From the IMG/VR virus record IMGVR_UViG_3300030330_006692, positions 32,556 to 96,555 of that record: a DNA stretch of 64,000 nucleotides; one strand, given 5' to 3'. Source of the DNA: a virus (taxonomy: Duplodnaviria; Caudoviricetes). A program made the translations under genes and the position numbers. Below, one piece after another: positions 1 to 7,448 of this stretch. The first letter of the stretch is position 1. Each line of letters begins with the position of its first letter. Under the pieces are notes generated by a model. That model searched no databases and was not told the origin of the DNA. It saw only the letters and a program-made list of their open reading frames with translations.

Positions 1-2
1 TG

Positions 3-428
3 GTAACTCTTACATATGAAGAAGGTACTGATGTTTTTGTTCATAATGAAACAGAAGTAGAAGATGCTATTAATCATACTAGCGTTATTAACGAGTTTGC
101 ATCATTAATTGCTCAAAGTAAGCTTGATGCACGAAATCGTTGGAGTGGAAATGTTCTAGAACATCTCCGAGCCGAAGACTATCTTGAAGATTATGAACGT
201 GGTACATACAACTTCGAAGAATACTTAGCAGAAACGTTGGCTGAAAATTTTTATGATACTGAACTAATTGAATATTCTACTGAGAAGTACGATCATAAGC
301 GCGGCTTTTGTACACTAACCGCTCAAGTAGAGGTACCGTACGAAAATTTGGTAGAAGTTGATCCTTTTATCTCTGGATGGAATGTTTCTGTTGAGACAGA
401 AAATGGAACTTTATCATTTGATGCATAA
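3..428 (+). CDS. hypothetical acidic protein, 5'-truncated by the window edge
   Basis: The frame of track ORF 237..428 is open back to position 3 (VTLTYEEGTDVFVHNETEVED...), so the true start lies upstream of the window. Confidence 0.8.
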   Translation, partial: VTLTYEEGTDVFVHNETEVEDAINHTSVINEFASLIAQSKLDARNRWSGNVLEHLRAEDYLEDYERGTYNFEEYLAETLAENFYDTELIEYSTEKYDHKRGFCTLTAQVEVPYENLVEVDPFISGWNVSVETENGTLSFDA

Positions 429-457
429 TTCCCTACTTATATTAGGAGGGTTATATT

Positions 458-520
458 ATGGAAAAATGTGAATGTTGTGGCTGCATTGCACCATGTAATT
501 GTAATTGCTGCTGCAAATAA
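458..520 (+). CDS. 20-aa cysteine-rich micropeptide MEKCECCGCIAPCNCNCCCK, metallothionein-like
   Basis: ATG at 458 and TAA at 518-520. A strong SD (AGGAGG, 444-449) and a TACTTA motif (434-439) lie upstream. Nine of 20 residues are Cys in CxC/CC arrays. It is below the ORF-track cutoff. Confidence 0.75.
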   Translation: MEKCECCGCIAPCNCNCCCK

Positions 521-587
521 ACCCCGCGCTATTCTGCTCGCTTTATAAGCAGGACGTGGTTGCCGATCGTCACGTAGGCAAAGGTTT

Positions 588-627
588 CCGGTTATCCTAG
601 TTCTAGACAGAAAACCGGTTTTATTTA
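588..627 (+). terminator. possible hairpin/terminator upstream of the tRNA
   Basis: CCGGTT (588-593) pairs with AACCGG (613-618) and is followed by TTTTATTT. Confidence 0.35.
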
Positions 628-723
628 TGGGGGGTGGCGGAATTGGCAAACGCACCCGGTTGTTTCCCGGGCGGTGATTCATGAAAATGCACCTTGAAGG
701 TTCGAATCCTTCCCCTCCAGCCA
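628..723 (+). tRNA. tRNA with anticodon GTT (Asn) on an atypical class II (long variable arm) body, CCA encoded
   Basis: Acceptor stem TGGGGGG(628-634)/CCCTCCA(713-719), discriminator G720, CCA 721-723. D-arm GCGG-AATTGGCAAA-CGC. Anticodon stem CCCGG/CCGGG with loop TT-GTT-TC. Variable region 672-695. T-arm GAAGG-TTCGAAT-CCTTC. Confidence 0.88.
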
Positions 724-751
724 TTTTTTATTTTAAGCCATAGTTACTAAT

Positions 752-901
752 GTGGAAACGGTGGCAGAATTAGCAATATTAGCTATGAGTATGTTTTTGG
801 CGGCCTTCTTTTGTTTGAAAGTTTTGTTCATACCAGATTCAGCCATAAAAACCATAGACAAAATTTATGAAGTCGAAGAAGAGATATACCAAGAACGATA
901 G
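752..901 (+). CDS. small putative single-pass membrane protein (49 aa)
   Basis: GTG...TAG ORF reading (M)ETVAELAILAMSMFLAAFFCLKVLFIPDSAIKTIDKIYEVEEEIYQER, with a hydrophobic N-half. It fills the gap between the tRNA and the 867 ORF and is not in the track. Confidence 0.55.
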   Translation: METVAELAILAMSMFLAAFFCLKVLFIPDSAIKTIDKIYEVEEEIYQER

Positions 902-1121
902 AGTTTTGGTTAAGTCGTTTGCCGGTCCAAATGTTTGTGTTGTTTTAAAAAGCCGGTACATTGTGTCAAAATCACAGTCCAAACTTGGTGTCGATGGATG
1001 GAACGCTCAAATAACAAATCAAAAAGAAGTTGAAAAACTTCGTAAACGTGGTGTACCATATAAAAAAGGTGAAAAACCCAAAGTTTGGGTATTCGACTGG
1101 CAAATAATTAAGAAATGTTGA
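867..1121 (+). CDS. hypothetical basic protein (84 aa)
   Basis: ORF track; same strand and packing as neighbours. Confidence 0.7.
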   Translation: MKSKKRYTKNDRVLVKSFAGPNVCVVLKSRYIVSKSQSKLGVDGWNAQITNQKEVEKLRKRGVPYKKGEKPKVWVFDWQIIKKC

Positions 1122-1146
1122 CACCTTTTCAAAAAAATGCTATATT
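1118..1146 (+). promoter_or_regulatory. sigma70-type promoter for hsp20
   Basis: TTGACA (1118-1123), 17-nt spacer, TG-n-TATATT (-10 at 1141-1146). Confidence 0.75.
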
Positions 1147-1212
1147 TATAGTGTAATCAGAGCAATGTGCCTGTTTACAACTTTATACTATCATTGATAA
1201 AGGAGAAATAAG

Positions 1213-1698
1213 ATGACAAGTATTATTCGCAGACCTGCGTTTCCCGCACGCAATATTTCAAAAAGGGAATTCTTAACACCGTTTGACGAATTGTTCAACA
1301 CTATGCTTGGTGATATGTTTCCAACACTTCATCAAGAGTTTGGTAACGACTTTTTTGTACAAGGTTCATATCCAAAATGCAATGTAATCACGAATGATGA
1401 ATGTGTGATTATTGAAGCTGCAATTCCCGGATTAGATAAGGAAGAGGTGGATGTTGAAATTGATAATAAGATTCTCACTATTCGTGGAGAATCAAATCAA
1501 CACGAAGACATTCGAGATGAACAGTATGTAAAGCGCGAACTCAAGCGGTCAGCCTTTCAGAGATCATTTAAGTTAGATGAAAACTTAGACGATACAACCA
1601 TTACTGGTGCTTATGATAAGGGGATATTGACAATCACGATCCCCAAGATCATACCAACCAGCACACAAGAACAAATTCGAAAGATTGAAATTAAGTAA
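1213..1698 (+). CDS. Hsp20/alpha-crystallin small heat-shock protein
   Basis: Motifs YPKCNV, AAIPGLDKEEVDVEI, LTIRGE, FQRSFKL and GAYDKGILTITIPK; SD AAGGAG upstream. Confidence 0.95.
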   Translation: MTSIIRRPAFPARNISKREFLTPFDELFNTMLGDMFPTLHQEFGNDFFVQGSYPKCNVITNDECVIIEAAIPGLDKEEVDVEIDNKILTIRGESNQHEDIRDEQYVKRELKRSAFQRSFKLDENLDDTTITGAYDKGILTITIPKIIPTSTQEQIRKIEIK

Positions 1699-1701
1699 CT
1701 T

Positions 1702-1730
1702 AAGTGCTCCCCCGAAGGGGAGCATTTTAC
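1702..1730 (+). terminator. rho-independent terminator after hsp20
   Basis: Stem-loop TGCTCCCC-CGAA-GGGGAGCA followed by TTTT. Confidence 0.85.
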
Positions 1731-1769
1731 TTGGTAAACTATTTATGGTAAGCTCTCGACAAGGTGTGT

Positions 1770-3104
1770 ATGGCTAAAAAAAATTATGTGTTAGATACGA
1801 GTGTCTGTTTGACAGATGCTGATGTAATCTACAAATTTGATAATCATGATATTTTCATACCTCTCAAGGTGTTGGAAGAGATCGATGGACACAAAAAGCG
1901 ACAAGATTCAGTTGGTTCTAATGCTAGACAATTCATTCGAACACTCGATACTTTAAGAGAGAAAGCAAATTTAGAGAAAGGTGCTCGTATCGGTAAAGGT
2001 ATGGGTATTTTAAAAGTTGTTTCATATGCAATATTGAAGGAAGTGATATTCCCACCTGACTTAGATATGAGACACCCAGATCATGCTATTATAGCAACAG
2101 CAAAAGCAATTCAATCAGACTGTGAGAACCGAAAAACAATTATGGTTTCTCGCGACATTAATATGAGGGTAATTTGCGACTCTATTGGGCTAGAAGCGCA
2201 GGATTATATTTCTGAAAAAGCTGCCCCATCGTTTGAAGAGTTGTATAACGGATTTATTGTTCAATGTTTTGATGATGAGGTTATTGATCGGTTTTATGCA
2301 GGCGAAGATATAATGATTACTGAAGACGAAGCTGAGCAACCTATGTATCCAAATCAATATGTTATGATGGTGTCAAACGCCAATGATAAAAAGTCTGCGT
2401 TAGCAAAATTTAAAAATCACCATGAACCACTCCAGAATGTAGTTAATAAAAATATTCATGATTGGAAGATAGACGCACGCAATAAGGAACAGGCATTTGC
2501 CATCGATATGCTAATGAATCCCGACATTAAAATTGTATCGTTAGTTGGACGTGCCGGATCGGGTAAAACATTATTAGCAATTGCTGCCGGATTACAGCAA
2601 ACAATAGGATTGCGTACAGATGAGAACCACTATTCACGATTAATAGTTTCTCGTCCTGTGCAGCCACTTGGAAAAGATATTGGATTCTTGCCAGGGACTA
2701 TGGAAGAGAAGATGCTTCCTTGGCTGATGCCTATTCAAGACAATCTCAAATTTCTTATGGGAGATAGGACGTCTTTAGAGATGTATATGGAAAAAGGCAA
2801 AATTGAAATCGAAGCGCTTACGTACATCCGCGGAAGATCAATTTCTAACGCATTTATTGTGATAGACGAAGCACAAAATTTAACCAAACACGAAATTAAA
2901 ACTATTATTACACGTATCGGCGAGGGTACTAAAATTATCCTTACTGGTGATGTTGAGCAAATTGACAATGTTTATGTTAATGAAACTTCAAACGGCTTGG
3001 CACACGCAGTAGAAAGCTTTAAAGAGTACCCAATCGCAGGACATATGACGTTCAAGAAGGGTGAGAGATCTGAATTAGCAACTCTTGCTTCAAAAGTCTT
3101 GTAA
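1770..3104 (+). CDS. phoH: PIN-domain PhoH-family ATPase (PhoH2/YlaK-like)
   Basis: N-terminal PIN motifs YVLDTSV, LEEID, DHAII and SRDINMR. C-terminal PhoH motifs GRAGSGKT, GFLPG, YIRGRS, IDEAQN and LTGDVEQID. ATG 1770 is preferred over GTG 1764. Confidence 0.95.
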   Translation: MAKKNYVLDTSVCLTDADVIYKFDNHDIFIPLKVLEEIDGHKKRQDSVGSNARQFIRTLDTLREKANLEKGARIGKGMGILKVVSYAILKEVIFPPDLDMRHPDHAIIATAKAIQSDCENRKTIMVSRDINMRVICDSIGLEAQDYISEKAAPSFEELYNGFIVQCFDDEVIDRFYAGEDIMITEDEAEQPMYPNQYVMMVSNANDKKSALAKFKNHHEPLQNVVNKNIHDWKIDARNKEQAFAIDMLMNPDIKIVSLVGRAGSGKTLLAIAAGLQQTIGLRTDENHYSRLIVSRPVQPLGKDIGFLPGTMEEKMLPWLMPIQDNLKFLMGDRTSLEMYMEKGKIEIEALTYIRGRSISNAFIVIDEAQNLTKHEIKTIITRIGEGTKIILTGDVEQIDNVYVNETSNGLAHAVESFKEYPIAGHMTFKKGERSELATLASKVL

Positions 3105-3127
3105 AATAGTTTATTGTATGTTATATT
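3099..3127 (+). promoter_or_regulatory. sigma70-type promoter
   Basis: TTGTAA, 17-nt spacer, TG-n-TATATT, then SD AAGGAG before 3146. Confidence 0.55.
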
Positions 3128-3145
3128 AATAAAGGAGACTTTACA

Positions 3146-3469
3146 ATGAGTAAAGAAAAAGTAACTAATATCGAAGAAATTCTTGATGCAGCTATAAGCG
3201 AAGAAGAAGCTCATTCAAATGAAATGCTAGCCATGGCAGTTAAATCAGATACGGAACTAAAGAATATTCTTGTTGAATATGTTGGAACAAAGTTTGACAA
3301 GGAAGAGGTTACCGTAAATATGATTGCAGAAACAATGGCGCACGAATTCCCAGAGTTTGTTTTTGCTTTTGCGGAAGAGAATTTTTTGCGTGGTTATCAA
3401 TTAGGATTAGACGATGCTTATAAAACACTTGATGGAAAAACACCAGACTTCACAACAAAAGAACAGTGA
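3146..3469 (+). CDS. hypothetical acidic protein (107 aa)
   Basis: ORF with SD AAGGAG and an upstream promoter. Confidence 0.8.
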   Translation: MSKEKVTNIEEILDAAISEEEAHSNEMLAMAVKSDTELKNILVEYVGTKFDKEEVTVNMIAETMAHEFPEFVFAFAEENFLRGYQLGLDDAYKTLDGKTPDFTTKEQ

Positions 3470-4109
3470 CTTCTACACGCCAACAGGCATTCACGTTTAT
3501 TTTAAAGAACCAGTTGCGTCAGACATTGATGTAGAGAATGTTGTAGCAAAATTAGAATCAAAATTACCTGCACACCTTTTAGAAGAAATTGAAATGATAA
3601 TTGTGGGTTGGTTTAAGGAATTTGAAGAGCGTGATATTAATGCTTTTTATGATGGCGGAACAATATATGTATCTAATCTACAAGATGACGAAGATGATAT
3701 GTATGACGATCTTGTGCACGAAGTGGCGCACTCAATCGAGTCACCGCATGGATATTATTTATATGCGGATGAAAAAATCAAGAATGAATTTCTTGCCAAG
3801 CGAGCAATGTTGCATGATATTTTGTGGAATATGGGATACAAGACGCCTAAATCATTTTTTAACGAGATTGAATATAATCAAGAATTTGATGATTTTCTCC
3901 ACAAAAAAGTTGGATATGATAAATTAGCAAGAGTAATGCAAGGGTTGTTTATTAACGTATACGCAGCAACCTCTCTAAGAGAATACTTTGCAACAGCATT
4001 TACAGATTTTTATTTAGATAGTAATCATAATTTTCTTCAAAAAGTATCTCCAGCAGTGTATGAAAAATTAATTAATATTCAAAATCAAGAATTACTTGAC
4101 TCCATGTAA
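3414..4109 (+). CDS. putative zincin-like metallopeptidase (HExxH)
   Basis: LVHEVAH followed by a YAATSLREYFA third-ligand-like motif. The function is inferred. Confidence 0.6.
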   Translation: MLIKHLMEKHQTSQQKNSDFYTPTGIHVYFKEPVASDIDVENVVAKLESKLPAHLLEEIEMIIVGWFKEFEERDINAFYDGGTIYVSNLQDDEDDMYDDLVHEVAHSIESPHGYYLYADEKIKNEFLAKRAMLHDILWNMGYKTPKSFFNEIEYNQEFDDFLHKKVGYDKLARVMQGLFINVYAATSLREYFATAFTDFYLDSNHNFLQKVSPAVYEKLINIQNQELLDSM

Positions 4110-4124
4110 GTATCATGTTATATT
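4096..4124 (+). promoter_or_regulatory. sigma70-type promoter for the nuclease/glycosylation operon
   Basis: TTGACT (4096-4101), 17-nt spacer, TG-n-TATATT (4119-4124). Confidence 0.7.
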
Positions 4125-4147
4125 GAAGATACATCATTGAGGCTTAG

Positions 4148-4912
4148 ATGGCACATATATCATTTTCTGAATTAAAAGACTGGGCACATTGTCCGTATTA
4201 TCACAAACTTACACGTGTTGATGGTATTGATGGATTTACTGGCAACGAATACACCGCTTTTGGATCCGCGCTTCACTCCGTTTGTGAAAAGAAACTACTT
4301 GAAGAGGAATTATCTGAAGATTTTTTTGTTCAAGAATTGAAAAAGAACATTTCTGAATTAGAGGATGATGTAGATAATAAACTAGTTCACCAAATGATGA
4401 AGCAAGGGAATGATATCATCCCAGAAATTGACGATGCACTGTCGGACTATTTTGAAGATTTTGAGGTTCTTGCTGTAGAGATGCCCTTGATGGAAGATAT
4501 TGAAGGGCATGATGAATATAAATTCAAAGGATTTATCGATGCTGTAGTGGCAACTCCAGACGGTAAAATACATATTTTTGATTGGAAGACTTGCTCTTGG
4601 GGCTGGGATGCCAGAAAGCGCGCAGAGCCAATGGTTACATACCAATTAACACTTTATAAAAACTACTTTTGTCAAAAAATGAATGTAGATCCAAAAGATG
4701 TAGAAACTCACTTTGCACTACTTAAGAGAACCGCCAATAAAAATAGGGTGGAATTTTTTAGAGTAACTTCTGGTGCGAGAAAGACAGAAAATGCCCTTAA
4801 ATTATTAAACAAAGCGTTATACAATATCAAAAAACAACGTTATATTAAGAATAAGCTGTCATGCACTAAGGGCTACGGCTGTAAATTTTATAACACAAAA
4901 CATTGCTCATAA
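4148..4912 (+). CDS. PD-(D/E)XK exonuclease, Cas4/RecB/AddB-like, probably with an Fe-S cluster
   Basis: Motifs ISFSEL..W..CP, FGSALH, LAVEMP, GFIDAV, IFDWKT and QLTLY. One N-terminal Cys plus three C-terminal Cys (SCTKGYGCKFYNTKHCS). Confidence 0.9.
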   Translation: MAHISFSELKDWAHCPYYHKLTRVDGIDGFTGNEYTAFGSALHSVCEKKLLEEELSEDFFVQELKKNISELEDDVDNKLVHQMMKQGNDIIPEIDDALSDYFEDFEVLAVEMPLMEDIEGHDEYKFKGFIDAVVATPDGKIHIFDWKTCSWGWDARKRAEPMVTYQLTLYKNYFCQKMNVDPKDVETHFALLKRTANKNRVEFFRVTSGARKTENALKLLNKALYNIKKQRYIKNKLSCTKGYGCKFYNTKHCS

Positions 4913-4923
4913 GGAATTAATAA

Positions 4924-6207
4924 ATGCAAAAAAAGAAAATTTTGGTTTTATCAGATCATCCGTTATCACCATCCGGTGTAGCAGGACAAACAAAATACTT
5001 TATCGAAGCGCTACTCAAGACGGGCAGATATAAATTTGTATGTCTTGGCGGCGCCATGAAACATGAGGACTATACTCCAGTTGCCGTCGACGGTTGGGGG
5101 CAAGATTTTGTAATCATCCCGGTTGATAATTATGGAAATAGCGAAATTATTCGCTCGATTCTACAAAAAGAACGCCCAGATTTGTTATGGTTTATGACAG
5201 ATCCTCGTTTTTATGATTGGCTGTGGGAAATAGAGAATGAGGTGAGATCTTATGTTCCCATGGTATACTATCATGTTTGGGACAATTTTCCGATACCGTA
5301 CTTCAACAAAGCGTGGTATGATTCTACAGATGAAGTAATTGCTATTTCAAAAGTCTCAGCAAAAATAGTCGAAACCGCATCACCGGAGTCTTATTCAGGG
5401 TATATTCCCCATGCTGTTAACTCTTCAATTTTTTACAAATATACAGAGTCAGACAAGTTAGCAAAAGTCAAGGACATTCGACGTCAAGTTATAGAAGCTA
5501 GCGAAAAATTTAGAAGTCCAAATAAAAAAATATTCTTCTGGAATAATCGAAATGCTCGCAGAAAGCAATCTGGAACATTAATTTGGTGGTTCAAGGAGTG
5601 GCTTGATAAAGTTGGGCATGACAAGGCAACATTGCTTATGCACACTGATGCTGAAGATCCCCATGGGCAACCACTTCCTCACTTAATTGAACACCTAGGA
5701 ATAACAGACGGGCAAGTGCTGTTGTCAACCAATAAAGTTAGCCCACAAGAATTAGCTGATTATTACAACATGGCTGATTATACAATTAATATTTCTGATG
5801 CAGAAGGTTTTGGTTTGGCTACTTTAGAGTCTTTATCCTGCGGGACTCCTATTATTGTAAACATGACTGGAGGTTTGCAAGAACAAGTAACAGACGGAGA
5901 AAATTGGTTCGGCTGGGGAATTCAACCTAGCAGTAGATCCATCATTGGTTCATTGCAGGTACCTTACATTTATGAAGATAGAATAAATCAGAAAGATTTT
6001 GAAAAATCATTATCCCAGGCTCTTAAATTAAGCAAGCCAAGATATAAAAAAATGGCTCAATTAGGCATCAATCATATTCAAAAAAATTACAATTTTGAAA
6101 CCTTTGAAAATAGCTGGATAAACAAAATTGATGAAATTATAGAAAGCCATGGCTCCTGGGAAAGCCGAAAGAATTATTCTCGTTGGACATTAAAGGAGAT
6201 AGCATGA
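4924..6207 (+). CDS. GT4-family (GT-B) glycosyltransferase
   Basis: Motifs SDHPLSPSGV, RNARRKQ and AEGFGLATLESLSCGTPII...GGLQEQ. Confidence 0.92.
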   Translation: MQKKKILVLSDHPLSPSGVAGQTKYFIEALLKTGRYKFVCLGGAMKHEDYTPVAVDGWGQDFVIIPVDNYGNSEIIRSILQKERPDLLWFMTDPRFYDWLWEIENEVRSYVPMVYYHVWDNFPIPYFNKAWYDSTDEVIAISKVSAKIVETASPESYSGYIPHAVNSSIFYKYTESDKLAKVKDIRRQVIEASEKFRSPNKKIFFWNNRNARRKQSGTLIWWFKEWLDKVGHDKATLLMHTDAEDPHGQPLPHLIEHLGITDGQVLLSTNKVSPQELADYYNMADYTINISDAEGFGLATLESLSCGTPIIVNMTGGLQEQVTDGENWFGWGIQPSSRSIIGSLQVPYIYEDRINQKDFEKSLSQALKLSKPRYKKMAQLGINHIQKNYNFETFENSWINKIDEIIESHGSWESRKNYSRWTLKEIA

Positions 6208-7448
6208 GAAAAAGCATTTTACTAAAAGGCCCACTATTGACTCGGAGTGGATATGGAGAACAAACGCGATTTGCACTGCGCGCCCTTCGTAGCCGCCCAG
6301 ACTTATTTAATATTTTTATTCAGCCGCTACAGTGGGGGCAAACTTCTTGGGTAAACGATGTAAGCGACGAGCGTACTTGGATTGATCAAACAATTGAAAA
6401 AACAATTGCACATATCCAACAAGGTGGGCAATTCGATGCATCCCTGCAGGTTACAATCCCCAACGAGTTTGAAAAAATTGCAAGATTTAATATAGGTTAT
6501 ACTGCCGGCATCGAAACAACAAAAGTGGCGCCCCAGTGGCTGCAAAATTCGAATGAAATTGTAGACAAGTTGATTGTTGTTTCCAGGCACTCGAAGAATA
6601 TATTTGAAAACACTGTGTATAGAGCCGTAAATGAACAAACCAAAGAAGAGTTCGATTACAGATTAAGTGTTCCTATTGATGTTGTAAATTATCCAACAAA
6701 AAATTATTCCAAATTACCAAATATTGATCTTGATTTGGAATATGACTTTAATTTTTTAATTGTATCTCAATATGGTCCAAGAAAGAACATAGCAAATACT
6801 ATTAAATGGTTTATGTCAGAATTCAAAGATGAAGAAGTTGGATTAGTGGTAAAGACTAATATGGCTAAAAATAGTCATATTGATTTTATAAACACGGAAG
6901 TTAAGCTTCACAAGATTATGCAAGATGTACCGGAGCTTAAGGATAGAAAATGTAAGGTATACTTACTTCATGGGGATATGACAGATGAAGAAGTACACTC
7001 TCTCTATTCGCATCCCAAGATTAAAGCCTTTGTTTCTTTGGCTCACGGCGAGGGATTTGGATTGCCATTATTCGAAGCAGCATACACTGGTATTCCTGTT
7101 GTTTCTGTTGGATGGTCTGGGCATTTAGATTTTCTAATCGACGATTCTAATAAAAGTCAATTTTACAACGTTGCATTTGATATCAATAATGTCCAAGAAG
7201 AGGCAGTGTGGGAGGGAATCATCCAGCCCGACAGCAAATGGGCATATGCTAGAGAAAATTCTGCAAAGGAGCAAATGAGGCTATGTTATGAAGATGTGAC
7301 TAACAACAACATCGATTATGTTCAGACACATGCTGAATTCCTGAGAGATAAATTTAACGAAGACGATCTTCATAAACAATTTGTTGATTCGATCATTTCA
7401 GTTGTTGGCGAAGCTGAACCCCAAGAAGCACAGGTTTTCGTATTGTGA
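6204..7448 (+). CDS. GT4-family glycosyltransferase
   Basis: Motifs SGYG, PRKN and GEGFGLPLFEAAYTGIPVV.GWSGHLDF. ATG 6204 follows SD AAGGAG and overlaps the previous stop. Confidence 0.92.
   Translation: MRKSILLKGPLLTRSGYGEQTRFALRALRSRPDLFNIFIQPLQWGQTSWVNDVSDERTWIDQTIEKTIAHIQQGGQFDASLQVTIPNEFEKIARFNIGYTAGIETTKVAPQWLQNSNEIVDKLIVVSRHSKNIFENTVYRAVNEQTKEEFDYRLSVPIDVVNYPTKNYSKLPNIDLDLEYDFNFLIVSQYGPRKNIANTIKWFMSEFKDEEVGLVVKTNMAKNSHIDFINTEVKLHKIMQDVPELKDRKCKVYLLHGDMTDEEVHSLYSHPKIKAFVSLAHGEGFGLPLFEAAYTGIPVVSVGWSGHLDFLIDDSNKSQFYNVAFDINNVQEEAVWEGIIQPDSKWAYARENSAKEQMRLCYEDVTNNNIDYVQTHAEFLRDKFNEDDLHKQFVDSIISVVGEAEPQEAQVFVL

Noticed and set aside
521-627. c-di-GMP-I riboswitch or pistol ribozyme (GGCAAA, GGTTGCCG, CGTGGTT...CACGT words)
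   Set aside because: The words are in the wrong order or lack the other conserved elements. The region is kept only as an unassigned structured spacer.
628-723. Selenocysteine/suppressor tRNA or genetic-code reassignment
   Set aside because: The anticodon is GTT with a standard 7-bp acceptor and 5-bp T stem. TAA, TAG and TGA all end genes, and very long ORFs are intact in code 11.
437-724. 95-aa minus-strand ORF in the track
   Set aside because: It is the antisense reading of the tRNA (MAGGEGFEPS is the usual tRNA shadow) and of the Cys micropeptide.
4148-4912. CRISPR-Cas locus suggested by the Cas4-like nuclease
   Set aside because: No repeat-spacer array and no cas1, cas2 or effector genes were seen in the window.
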